A DNA stretch of 63,089 nt, counting the filler. It is 5 parts of 5 records of this genome, joined end to end, with 100 filler letters (N's around TTAATTAATTAA, not from the genome) between each part and the next. Parts side by side here need not be neighbours in the genome. Positions count along the whole stretch, not along the records: positions 1 to 23,685 come from SRR31156797_11001; 4 more parts are not named here. One strand, written 5' to 3'. The notes beneath the pieces are model-generated. The model saw only the letters and a program-made list of their open reading frames with translations, had not been told where the DNA came from and searched no databases. The position numbers and the translations under genes are program-made. Of this stretch, positions 1-9,621 are shown piece by piece (the first letter of the stretch is position 1; each line of letters begins with the position of its first letter).

Positions 1-1028
1 GCTTGCTGATGATTATTGGTTACTGCAACCGAGTAAAACTCACTTGAAGAACCATCACCTTTTAATATGGTAGAAGGATATTTCCAGGTTACTGCCGATC
101 CGGTCTCCACCTGAGCCCACATCAATTTTGCATTTTCACCTTCGCAAATACCACGTTTAGTTACAAAGTTGTAAATACCACCTACACCATTTTTATCACC
201 AGGATACCAGTTTTGAACCGTTGAATATTTCACCTCTGCATTATCTTTTACGATAATTTCAACGATAGCAGCGTGTAGCTGATTCTCGTCACGCATTGGT
301 GCAGTACAACCTTCAAGATAACTTACGTAAGACTCATCTTCGCATACAATCAAGGTTCTTTCGAACTGACCTGTATTCTCTGCATTGATTCGGAAGTAAG
401 TTGACAACTCCATTGGGCAACGAACGCCTTTAGGAATGTAAACAAAGGAACCATCAGAGAACACTGCAGAATTTAAAGCTGCAAAAAAGTTATCCTGAAT
501 AGGTACAACAGTTCCCATATATTCCTGAATCAAATCAGGATGGTCCTGAACTGCCTCGCTAAACGAACAGAAAATAATTCCCTTCTCAGCCAATGCTTCC
601 TTAAATGTTGTTTTAACAGACGAAGAGTCCATTACAACATCAACAGCCACATTGGAAAGAATCTTTTGCTCATCCAAAGGAATTCCCAACTTATCGAAAG
701 TTGCACGAATTTCCGGATCAACATCATCCATACTCTCCAATTTAGCTTTTTGCTTTGGAGTTGAGTAGTATATAATATCCTGATAATTAATCTCAGGAAT
801 ATCAAGGTATGCCCATTCAGGCATTTTCATAGTCTTCCAATGACGATATGCTTTCAATCTGAAATCAAGCATGAATTTAGGCTCTTTCTTTTTAGCCGAG
901 ATCATGCGAATAACATCTTCATTCAAACCTTTCCCAATGTCATCGTTCTCAATGTCGGTTACAAAGCCATATTTGTATTCGCTTTCGGTAACCTCACTTA
1001 ATATTTTATCTTGTTCTTCTTTCGCCAT
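1..1028 (-). CDS. sufB: Fe-S cluster assembly protein SufB (3' end runs off the window)
   Basis: Not in the ORF track. Manual translation from the ATG at 1028 gives [22 protein letters not shown]..., with [36 protein letters not shown] and GQFERTLI...YLEGCTAP, typical of SufB. Confidence 0.96.
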   Translation of the reverse strand, partial: MAKEEQDKILSEVTESEYKYGFVTDIENDDIGKGLNEDVIRMISAKKKEPKFMLDFRLKAYRHWKTMKMPEWAYLDIPEINYQDIIYYSTPKQKAKLESMDDVDPEIRATFDKLGIPLDEQKILSNVAVDVVMDSSSVKTTFKEALAEKGIIFCSFSEAVQDHPDLIQEYMGTVVPIQDNFFAALNSAVFSDGSFVYIPKGVRCPMELSTYFRINAENTGQFERTLIVCEDESYVSYLEGCTAPMRDENQLHAAIVEIIVKDNAEVKYSTVQNWYPGDKNGVGGIYNFVTKRGICEGENAKLMWAQVETGSAVTWKYPSTILKGDGSSSEFYSVAVTNNHQQ

Positions 1029-1642
1029 GTCGTTTAAGTATCAAGTAGAAAGGCTCACTTATTTTGTAGAATAAAGAACCCTTTCAAAAGAATCCAACAT
1101 TTAAAATTTAAGGGTTTAATTTTATTCGTTAAGTCCCCATTTAAGTAGGAATATAGAAACAATTTGAACATACTAATGTTCACCCCTATAAAATTCCCTG
1201 CAAATATAACAAAGTATTTAGATATCTTACTGATATAGTCTCAATAAAATACTCCCAAGTCCGTATTAGATCAAACGTAAAGAATTTTGAAAGGATACGT
1301 TTGCATAAAAGATCTTTTAAACCATCTTATTTTAATGATAAAAGTATTTCTAAAGTCAATAAAACGATCTAAAAATAAAATTTCAATTCTATAATTACTA
1401 TGAAATAACAGCAGCTAACCAATTCCACTATTTAACCCACACTAAAATTACATGTCTATTTCACAAACTACAAAACAATAATTTTACATTATTTTAACTA
1501 AACTGGAATTATTTTATTAATATTAAAACAAACTTCACTATAAGTATAAAATCATCACGTCAAAGCTTTTAAGACATTTGTGATTTATATAATTTGTGGA
1601 ACAATTGAGCACTATAACATAAATACCTAAACGCCATTTTAC

Positions 1643-2890
1643 ATGATTAAAAAAGCATTCTTCTCCATTTTCTTCCTTCTAATCTTAATTTCAACAGGCA
1701 ACTCACAGAGCATTCAGAAAATAACCGGACGTATCACAAATTTAAAAGATTCAACATCCGTTAGCTATGCTCACATTGGAATTCTTGGAAGCAGTATCGG
1801 TACGGTTTCCAATAAATACGGAGATTTTGAGATCAAAGGAAACTTTAACCCTGATCAGGATACCTTAATGATATCGCATATAGAATACAAAATGCAATGC
1901 ATTCCTTTAAAAATGCTAACGGCTAACAAGAATCAGATACAACTAAAGCGAAACCAGTATATCCTAGCCGATGTTATTGTTATGCCTGAGGAGGAGAAAA
2001 ACAAAATTATTAAAAATGTGATTGACAACATTTCAAGAAACTACTCGAATGAACTGTATCAGAGTAAAGCTTTTTATCGTGAAATTCAGTACGACAAAAA
2101 AACAAAAACCTACTCTCGTTTAATTGAAGCGGCTCTTACCATTCAGGATGAAAAAGTGACAGCTCCAATTTCAAAAATAAAATGCAGCGTTCAGCAATTG
2201 CGAAAATCAAACAACTACACCGATGTTCATGCAGGTTGTAAAAAATTGATAAATTCATTTGATACTCCCCTCCCGAGTCAACTGCATATCTTATTACGAG
2301 ACAATCCAATAAGATCGCACAAAGCCACAAAACACAGTGGATTACACAATGATCTTAGGTTTATATATGAGAAAAAGCTTGACCTGCTAAAGCTCATTGG
2401 CACTATTCATGAAAACGACGAAAGCATATATGTATTACAATATTCAAATAGAGATGAAACAAGCACTCTTTATGTGAATAAAAGCAATTATGCACTACTT
2501 AAATGTGAGTATAAACTTGAATCAAAAACGGCATTAATTTACCAACGAACCTATCTCTTTAAGCAAATAGGTGATAAATACTATCCGGCGTTTTTTAACT
2601 ACGAGTCTATTTCTGATATACGATCGAACAAAGGAGGTTTGGGTTACACTATTAACAGTCTTACATTTGTAGATCACAACTTAAATAAGAAAACATTTAA
2701 GCGAATAGCCTATAAGGATGTTATTCCAAAACACATTGACCTGTATGATATCGAAATGGAATATGACCAAAACTTCTGGGCAAACTACAATATCATGTTA
2801 GAAGATCCAATAGATGATAAGGTAATTTCTGATTTAGAAAAGCAAAATTCTTTACAAAAGCAATTCAAAGAAAATGCTAGAGTTAAGTAA
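1643..2890 (+). CDS. Secreted protein with N-terminal carboxypeptidase-regulatory-like domain
   Basis: Signal peptide; ITGRI...VSYAHIGI...GTVSNKYGDF...ISHIEY motif; C-terminal YDQNFWANYN; paralog of 3779-5191. Confidence 0.75.
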   Translation: MIKKAFFSIFFLLILISTGNSQSIQKITGRITNLKDSTSVSYAHIGILGSSIGTVSNKYGDFEIKGNFNPDQDTLMISHIEYKMQCIPLKMLTANKNQIQLKRNQYILADVIVMPEEEKNKIIKNVIDNISRNYSNELYQSKAFYREIQYDKKTKTYSRLIEAALTIQDEKVTAPISKIKCSVQQLRKSNNYTDVHAGCKKLINSFDTPLPSQLHILLRDNPIRSHKATKHSGLHNDLRFIYEKKLDLLKLIGTIHENDESIYVLQYSNRDETSTLYVNKSNYALLKCEYKLESKTALIYQRTYLFKQIGDKYYPAFFNYESISDIRSNKGGLGYTINSLTFVDHNLNKKTFKRIAYKDVIPKHIDLYDIEMEYDQNFWANYNIMLEDPIDDKVISDLEKQNSLQKQFKENARVK

Positions 2891-3126
2891 TCTTAAACTC
2901 TATTGTTTTGATCAATGAATCATTTCATTTTGTAAAATTAAAACACAAAACTCCTTCTCTCCCTTTAAATTTGAGCTATTCATAATAATTGGTTCCATCA
3001 AATTATCATCAACACAAATCTAAATAACAATAACTTTTAATATTTTACGAAAAAAATAGGGTTACCTTTTTAACAAAAAAGGAATTAATAGGTAGGAATC
3101 ACAAACTGCCAATTAATTTTTACCAA

Positions 3127-3330
3127 ATGACACATTTAGAATTAATAGAAAAAACAAGCTACCTTAAAGAGCTCATTGAAAAAGGAAAAACAGGTACACC
3201 CAAAGAATTATCACGCCGCTTAAACATTTCAGAACGGAGCCTTTCTCGTTTAATTAAAACTTTAAAGGAAGCTAATCACTCCATTATTTATTCGCGCACA
3301 AAACAATCGTACATAACAGAAAAATTCTAA
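3127..3330 (+). CDS. Small stand-alone HTH protein (HTH_11-like)
   Basis: 67 aa; TGTPKELSRRLNISERSLSRLIKTLK...IIYSR...SY; paralog of 11960-12187. Confidence 0.8.
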   Translation: MTHLELIEKTSYLKELIEKGKTGTPKELSRRLNISERSLSRLIKTLKEANHSIIYSRTKQSYITEKF

Positions 3331-3332
3331 AT

Positions 3333-3372
3333 AAGCTCACCGCCACTTTTTGGCGGTGAGCTTGCATAATTT
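3333..3372 (+). promoter_or_regulatory. 13-bp inverted repeat followed by a TAATTT box; candidate operator/promoter of the peptide gene
   Basis: AAGCTCACCGCCA-CTTTT-TGGCGGTGAGCTT (3333-3363), then TAATTT at 3367; no U-tract after the stem. Confidence 0.55.
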
Positions 3373-3482
3373 AGCCCTTGAGTTATAAATAATGCGCATT
3401 CAATACTCAAGTTCCACATCTCGTTCGAGGAGGTTAGGGAAATTAAAGTTTAATTTATTATTAACACTAAAATTTTGACAAA

Positions 3483-3641
3483 ATGAAAAATTTAAGTTTA
3501 GAACAAATGGAAAAATTCCAAGGAGGAGCTGTTGAAAGTTGTGACGATTTTTTAATGGTTGTTGATTACCTAGAGGCTACAGATAATTGTGAACAAGCTA
3601 ACAAAATAATGGTAGCTTTCTATGATCAGTATTGCGGCTAA
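3483..3641 (+). CDS. Double-glycine leader precursor peptide (bacteriocin/RiPP-like), 52 aa
   Basis: Manual translation MKNLSLEQMEKFQGG|AVESCDDFLMVVDYLEATDNCEQANKIMVAFYDQYCG*; leader fits the LSxxE(L/M)xxIxGG pattern; C39 transporter downstream; shorter than any ORF in the track. Confidence 0.85.
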   Translation: MKNLSLEQMEKFQGGAVESCDDFLMVVDYLEATDNCEQANKIMVAFYDQYCG

Positions 3642-3650
3642 GCTATTAAT

Positions 3651-3679
3651 TAGAGTTGCTTCGTATTGAAGCAACTCTA
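3651..3679 (+). terminator. Stem-loop after the peptide gene (leaky terminator or mRNA stabiliser)
   Basis: Perfect 12-bp stem TAGAGTTGCTTC-GTATT-GAAGCAACTCTA, 9 nt after the stop. Confidence 0.65.
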
Positions 3680-3778
3680 TTCCAAACCATTTAAGATTAA
3701 CATTCAAATAGAAAAAATCGACTCTATGAAAAAGAAATTCTGGACTAAGCAATTAGGGTATTGTAAGCACTATAAAAT

Positions 3779-5191
3779 TTGAATCATATGAGAATTAAAA
3801 TTTCTTTCTTCATTCTATTATTCATAAATGCTAAACTTGTCTTAGGACAAGATCTTATTTTGTCTGGAAAACTTTTAACAACTAAAGATTCCTTACCCAT
3901 TAGTTATGCAAGCATAGGAATTGCTAACACCTATATAGGAACAATAAGTAACGAATCAGGGGATTTTCAATTGAAATTACCTTCGAAACACAATCAGGAT
4001 ATATTAGTTGTAAGTGCCATTGGTTATAAATCACAAAAGATCGCTATCCCCGTATTAAATCAATCCTCAAATCAAATCATTTATTTACAGGCGCACACCT
4101 ATTCCTTAAATGAGGTAATAGTAACGAACAAGAAACTAAGCGCTAAAGATATTTTAAGGGCTTGTATTAAAAATATTCCTAAAAATTATCCTACCAAGAA
4201 ATTTTCTTACGAAGTATTTATGAGGGAGGCAGGTATTTTAGATTCTACCTATGCCATGCTTACCGAAAGTGTGGCTAATGTCGTGGATTACGGATACAGA
4301 AGCAATATTAAGAAAAACAGATTCCAATTGTTAGAATTTAGAAGAAGTAATGACAATAGAAAATTCAATTGGAGAGCCTCCTTAAAAGAATGGCTATACG
4401 AAAAAAATGGTTTATACGAATGCATTAAGAATGATCGATTAAAAATTAAAAAGAGAAACAATAAAATTGAAAACTTTGAATATTATAAATCCTATGGTTC
4501 AGACCCTCACAGATTTCTGAGTGAAGAATTTCTAAAACAAATTGATGCTAATATTGACAGTCTTACTTACTACAACAATCAACTGGTTTATTGTATAAGC
4601 TACAAAGTTAAAGAACACAAATTCGCAACTGATTGTGTAGGACAAATAATTATAGAAAAAGCTAACAAAGCATTACTTGAAGTTCGATCAAGAACGTACA
4701 TTAACAAAGAACGATTAAGAAGCTTGAAAAAAGCAGATAGGACTCCAAAATATACAGAAAATCAAATAACAAGTAGAGCAAATATCGGATTTGATAATCT
4801 CAATTACACCAAATTAATTCTTAAATACAAAAAACAAAACAAGAAATACTATTTGTCCTACATAAGAGTGCAACACAATGGTACCAATAGTCTTGGGTCA
4901 TTTTTAGGTTCTAATAATGTCAATAAATCACATCAATCCAATTGGACATCTGGGATGCTTTACCAGGACAATGAGCTTTTTGTCACCAAAATACATGAGA
5001 AGCCAGTTAAGATAAAATGGCGAAAGAAAATGGACAAAAGCAAAGAATTGTACAAACATGAACTTCCCTACCATAAAAGCTTTTGGGATTCATATACCAT
5101 GATTATCAGAAACCCTCTATCACAAAAAATGGCTTCTGACCTTAACCACGAACAAAATCTTGAAAACCAATTTATCGAAAATGGAAAATAA
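3779..5191 (+). CDS. Secreted protein with N-terminal carboxypeptidase-regulatory-like domain (likely ATG at 3788)
   Basis: Signal peptide; LSGKL...PISYASIGI...GTISNESGDF...VSAIGY; C-terminal YHKSFWDSY. Confidence 0.75.
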   Translation: MNHMRIKISFFILLFINAKLVLGQDLILSGKLLTTKDSLPISYASIGIANTYIGTISNESGDFQLKLPSKHNQDILVVSAIGYKSQKIAIPVLNQSSNQIIYLQAHTYSLNEVIVTNKKLSAKDILRACIKNIPKNYPTKKFSYEVFMREAGILDSTYAMLTESVANVVDYGYRSNIKKNRFQLLEFRRSNDNRKFNWRASLKEWLYEKNGLYECIKNDRLKIKKRNNKIENFEYYKSYGSDPHRFLSEEFLKQIDANIDSLTYYNNQLVYCISYKVKEHKFATDCVGQIIIEKANKALLEVRSRTYINKERLRSLKKADRTPKYTENQITSRANIGFDNLNYTKLILKYKKQNKKYYLSYIRVQHNGTNSLGSFLGSNNVNKSHQSNWTSGMLYQDNELFVTKIHEKPVKIKWRKKMDKSKELYKHELPYHKSFWDSYTMIIRNPLSQKMASDLNHEQNLENQFIENGK

Positions 5192-5675
5192 AATATTAAT
5201 TGCACTGCTATCTATCCTCATGTTTGCTTGTGCTACTCCAAATAAGTTTGAGAAAGATTATCCAACCTACCGTGAAAATAGAAATACTCTGGAACAATTG
5301 GAACATGTAAACGACTCAACCTTACATGTTACCTCCACATCAACCGATCCTAAATATGGATATACCGAATTAAAACCAATTATGCTGGGTGTGTACGATT
5401 GCGATGATGGAGCAGATAATAGAATGAAGTTTTTCAATGCACTTTTAGGTCCCAATGGAGAGAAGATCACTGCCAAAAGAATTAAAACCTGCTGCCCTTT
5501 TCACACCCTAAACAGTCAAACCGTAGGGCGCGATCAAAAATTCGGCTTATTGGATGTATGGGAACTTAGTTACGAAGGAATTGAAACGCCATTAACCATT
5601 TATATTAATTTGTATGACCAGGGAGAGTTTTTGGCTCCAATGGGTTTTACTTTAAAGAACTCTACAAATGAATAG
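5181..5675 (+). CDS. Conserved hypothetical lipoprotein with vicinal Cys
   Basis: The ATG at 5181 gives MENKILIALLSILMFAC (lipobox Cys17); motifs YGY..KPI, NALLGPNGE, TCCPF, GLLD, YINLYD..APMGF. Confidence 0.65.
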   Translation: MENKILIALLSILMFACATPNKFEKDYPTYRENRNTLEQLEHVNDSTLHVTSTSTDPKYGYTELKPIMLGVYDCDDGADNRMKFFNALLGPNGEKITAKRIKTCCPFHTLNSQTVGRDQKFGLLDVWELSYEGIETPLTIYINLYDQGEFLAPMGFTLKNSTNE

Positions 5676-6312
5676 CACAACATTAAAATCCCTTGAGCAA
5701 TACAAGTGGTTCTATTTTTCTGTATTGGTAATTCTATCCATTGGCTTAAGTTATATTATTCACGACATAATTATAACCGATCCAAAATATTTTACAAAAG
5801 GCAATGACAATAGTGTGGGTTTGTACAGACGAATATATGGTATTATATACCTTGTAAAGCCTTTAAGTTTATTTCTAAAAGTTGGACTTATTTCTCTTTT
5901 GCTTTTTTGGGGTGCAAAATATTATCTAAAACTAAAATCATCTGTTTCATTCTGGATGTGTTTCACAATAGTGTGTTTAGGTGAATTTATCTTCCTTATT
6001 CCTGACCTTTCGAAAGTTGTTTACTTCTTAATCATTAAGACAAATTACACAATGCAAGATGTATCTAATTTTAATTGGTATAGCCTATACTCTATACTGG
6101 GACAGGAAGATATGCCCAAAGCATTTGAACATCCCTTGCTGCTTATAAATATATTTGAATTATTGTATTGGGCTTTATTAGCATTATTATTCTCCCATCT
6201 GGGTAATATAAAATATACTAGGAGCTTGAAGCTTATTACACTTTTTTATTTATTACCATTATTTTTTTATACTTCCATTAAATTCATTATCAACCTTCTT
6301 ATTTTCAATTAA
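5668..6312 (+). CDS. Multi-pass membrane protein (Yip1-like), paralog A
   Basis: About five hydrophobic segments; aligns with the next ORF (E-FIFLIP / NIFELLY). Confidence 0.65.
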   Translation: MNSTTLKSLEQYKWFYFSVLVILSIGLSYIIHDIIITDPKYFTKGNDNSVGLYRRIYGIIYLVKPLSLFLKVGLISLLLFWGAKYYLKLKSSVSFWMCFTIVCLGEFIFLIPDLSKVVYFLIIKTNYTMQDVSNFNWYSLYSILGQEDMPKAFEHPLLLINIFELLYWALLALLFSHLGNIKYTRSLKLITLFYLLPLFFYTSIKFIINLLIFN

Positions 6313-6314
6313 CA

Positions 6315-6962
6315 ATGCTCCAAATTTCAGCTGTCAAGAAAAATGCTATTTTTCATTTTATATTTTTCATTGGTTTATACCTCATTTTAAAGGAAATTAC
6401 TAATCAATGTTTCTTAACAGATGATAGTCTTTATGAATATTACAAGAATCAATATACCCAATATAGATTAGATAAACTTATTGAAAATAGAAAACGATTC
6501 CATATTTTAAAATACATAATCCCTATATTTTACTATCTTCTAAAGTTTGCAATAATTGGTGGTGTAATTGCAATTGGAATCTACTTTAACAAAACTGAAA
6601 TTTCTTTTGCAAAAATATTCACCGTTGTCTGTATTGCAGAGTTGAGCTTCTTACTTCCTTCAATTGTAAAACAAATTTGGTTTGGATTTTGGTCTCCTGA
6701 ATTTACCGTTGAAGAATACAAGGGATTTGGAAAAGTTTCCTTATTCAACCTCTTTCAGTTAAGTCAGGAAAATAAATTAGCACACCTATTTAAAGCTCTT
6801 AACATATACGAATTAATCTATATTCTCCTTCTGAGCATGGGAATTAAATTCCAATTTAAATTTTCATTTTTAAAAAGCTTAAGGTTGATTCTGACAACCT
6901 ATGGCACTCTACTATTATTCTATTTCGCCTTAATCATGTTCCTTATCACGCTTAAGAATTAA
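6315..6962 (+). CDS. Multi-pass membrane protein (Yip1-like), paralog B
   Basis: About five hydrophobic segments; E-LSFLLP / NIYELIY matches the previous ORF. Confidence 0.65.
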   Translation: MLQISAVKKNAIFHFIFFIGLYLILKEITNQCFLTDDSLYEYYKNQYTQYRLDKLIENRKRFHILKYIIPIFYYLLKFAIIGGVIAIGIYFNKTEISFAKIFTVVCIAELSFLLPSIVKQIWFGFWSPEFTVEEYKGFGKVSLFNLFQLSQENKLAHLFKALNIYELIYILLLSMGIKFQFKFSFLKSLRLILTTYGTLLLFYFALIMFLITLKN

Positions 6963-6968
6963 CAATTT

Positions 6969-7472
6969 ATGAGGTCATTTTTAAGAGTCATTTATATTGT
7001 AATAGTTAGTCTCTGTTTATTTCTGATTTGGTTTTCTCTGAACTACAAGCCAGATCTTACACCTAAGAATATCCCTAAGTTTAGTTTCAAGGATGTTTAC
7101 AATGATACAATAACTAGCCACAATTTAGATCCAACAAAACAAAAGCTATTTATTCATTTAAATCCCGATTGCAACTATTGCTCATTGGAAATTGAAAATC
7201 TAATTCATTGGGAAAACAAGAGTCAATATCAAGTTTTACTTGTCTTTCAATATGGTACTGATAAAAATTCCCTGAATCATTTTATAGAAAAGTATCATCT
7301 ATTGGAATTCGAATCAGTTCAAATACTGATTGATGAAGAGGATGAATTTCCAAATCAATTTCACGAAGACAAAGTTCCCTGTTCATTTTTATTTGACACA
7401 AATAATAAACTCATACGAAAAAAGAAAGGATTAGTAGATGTTGAAGTTTTTTGCAAAATGGAAAAACAATAA
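6969..7472 (+). CDS. Membrane-anchored thioredoxin-fold (TlpA/redoxin-like) protein
   Basis: N-terminal TM segment; IPKFSF; NPDCNYC (CxxC); VP..FLFD. Confidence 0.8.
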   Translation: MRSFLRVIYIVIVSLCLFLIWFSLNYKPDLTPKNIPKFSFKDVYNDTITSHNLDPTKQKLFIHLNPDCNYCSLEIENLIHWENKSQYQVLLVFQYGTDKNSLNHFIEKYHLLEFESVQILIDEEDEFPNQFHEDKVPCSFLFDTNNKLIRKKKGLVDVEVFCKMEKQ

Positions 7473-9621
7473 TTGGAAAAAATACCATACTCTTCAGAAA
7501 GATCAGGCAGACTGTGGACCAGCTTGTATTGCTATGGTGTTAAAATACTATTCTCATCAGTATAGTTTTGAGAATTTAAGAAAACTAAGCGGAACAAATG
7601 CTTATGGTTCCAACCTTTTAGGACTGTACCAAACATTTACAAAATTAGGTTTTGGTGTTGAAGGTGTAGAAGCTTCCTCCACAGACCTTGAACAGATAAC
7701 TTCACCATGTATCTTACACACTACAAATAGCGATAAAACAAACCACTTTATTGTTTTCTTCACCTTCGATAAAGGCAAATATATTTGTGGTGATCCCGCG
7801 CATGGCATTATAAAATATTCCAAAGAAGATTTGGAATCCATATGGAAATCAAAAACATGTTTATACATTACAACACCTCCAAAAAACAAGTGCGAAGAAG
7901 AGCAAAACAAACACAATAAATGGATTATTACTTCACTCAAACGAGATTCCGCAATATTAACTCTTAGTGTATTTCTAGGCATAGCCTATTCGGTATTAGG
8001 ATTGGTCATGGCTCTTTTCTCTGAAACACTAATTGATAAAATTATTCCTGAAAAAGATTTTTCATACTTATTAAACATTATCATATTAGTTGGTATTCTA
8101 TTGCTTTTTAGAACATTTATTTCCGCACTTCGAAGAACCTTTCTATTAGATCACAGTAGAAACTTCAATATTAGCATTATTGAAAAATTCTATGCTACAA
8201 TTTTAGAGTTGCCTGTTAGTTTTTTTCAAAGTAGAAAAACAGGAGATTTTATAACACGCTTTAATGATACACGAAGAATTCAGCAATTGATAGCACAACT
8301 TGTTGGGAATTTTATAATAGAAATTCTTATCATTATTGTTACCACAACTTTTTTATTTTTCATTCATCCACTAACCGGATATATAGCGATAGGATTTACT
8401 CCTATTTATTTGATACTAATTGTTCGGTTTAATACACCACTACTAAAGGCGCAAAGAAAAGTAATGGGGACTTATGCAAGTTCAGAAAGTATTTTCATCA
8501 ATTCCATACAATCTATTCAATCCATAAAGAATTTGAATGCTCACAATCATTTTAAAAACTCAATTAAATCTATATATGGAGAGTTTCAGGAGCAATCGGT
8601 TAATTTAGGGAAGCTAAATATCAAAATCTCCATTGTATTAGGGATCCTCAATAGCATATTTATATTGAGCATTATTACCGTAGCTTCAAAGGATGTTCTT
8701 TTAGACAATTTAAAAACAGGTCAATTAATGGCAATACTCACAATAAGTTCAACACTATTGCCTGCCATAACAAAAATAGGAAGTATATATATTCCTTATA
8801 GTTCTGCAAAAGTTGCCTTTGAAAGAATGGTAGATTATTCTCTACAGACAAATAAATCCGAAACTCAAAATCCGCCCTCTAAAATTGATCGTGTCAATCT
8901 TGAAAAGGTTTCGTTCCGATTTCCTGGTCAAAAGACACTACTTAAATCAGTTTCCATTCAAATTCCCACTGGAAGAATTACCGGTTTAATTGGTGAAAAT
9001 GGTAGCGGGAAAAGCACCTTAATTCAACTAATCTTAAAATTCTATGAGCTTGAAAATGGCTCAATAAACATTAATAATAAATTAGATCTTTCATTAGTTA
9101 ATGAGCACGAATGGCAAAAACGTGTTGGTATTGTTCCCCAGCAAATTGAAATATTTGATGCCACCCTGCTTGAAAATATCGATCCTGAATCAATTAAAAA
9201 CAAACGAACTAAAGAAATCATTGAATTTTGTAAGGAATATGGGTTTGATAAATATTTTGAAGCACTCCCTCTTTCTTATCTTACACAAATTGGAGAGTCC
9301 GGAATTCAATTATCAGGTGGACAGAAGCAATTACTTGCACTTGCACGAGCACTTTATAAAAAACCCGACTTACTCTTATTGGATGAAGCTAATTCAGCCA
9401 TGGACAGAAATACCTTACTCTTTACCAATCAATTATTACAAAACATTAAGAGCGAAATTGCTATTTTATTTATATCACACAATTTAGAATCTATTACTAA
9501 ATTATGCGATTACATCTATATTCTGGAAGAAGGGGTTATTAGCACATCAGGAAATCAAAGCTCTCTTCTTGAAACCGATAATCTATACAGTCAACACTAT
9601 AAATATTTAACCAATGCTTAG
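7438..9621 (+). CDS. Peptidase C39-containing ABC transporter (PCAT)
   Basis: QKDQADCGPAC, NHFIV and GDP catalytic motifs; TM domain; Walker A GENGSGKST, signature LSGGQKQ, Walker B LLLLDE. Confidence 0.95.
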   Translation: MLKFFAKWKNNNWKKYHTLQKDQADCGPACIAMVLKYYSHQYSFENLRKLSGTNAYGSNLLGLYQTFTKLGFGVEGVEASSTDLEQITSPCILHTTNSDKTNHFIVFFTFDKGKYICGDPAHGIIKYSKEDLESIWKSKTCLYITTPPKNKCEEEQNKHNKWIITSLKRDSAILTLSVFLGIAYSVLGLVMALFSETLIDKIIPEKDFSYLLNIIILVGILLLFRTFISALRRTFLLDHSRNFNISIIEKFYATILELPVSFFQSRKTGDFITRFNDTRRIQQLIAQLVGNFIIEILIIIVTTTFLFFIHPLTGYIAIGFTPIYLILIVRFNTPLLKAQRKVMGTYASSESIFINSIQSIQSIKNLNAHNHFKNSIKSIYGEFQEQSVNLGKLNIKISIVLGILNSIFILSIITVASKDVLLDNLKTGQLMAILTISSTLLPAITKIGSIYIPYSSAKVAFERMVDYSLQTNKSETQNPPSKIDRVNLEKVSFRFPGQKTLLKSVSIQIPTGRITGLIGENGSGKSTLIQLILKFYELENGSININNKLDLSLVNEHEWQKRVGIVPQQIEIFDATLLENIDPESIKNKRTKEIIEFCKEYGFDKYFEALPLSYLTQIGESGIQLSGGQKQLLALARALYKKPDLLLLDEANSAMDRNTLLFTNQLLQNIKSEIAILFISHNLESITKLCDYIYILEEGVISTSGNQSSLLETDNLYSQHYKYLTNA

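Noticed and set aside
540-1074. Plus-strand ORFs 540-764 and 871-1074
   Set aside because: Antisense shadows of sufB, which the track missed because it runs off the window
3570-3752. Minus-strand 60-aa ORF
   Set aside because: Overlaps the GG-peptide gene and its hairpin on the opposite strand; no motif
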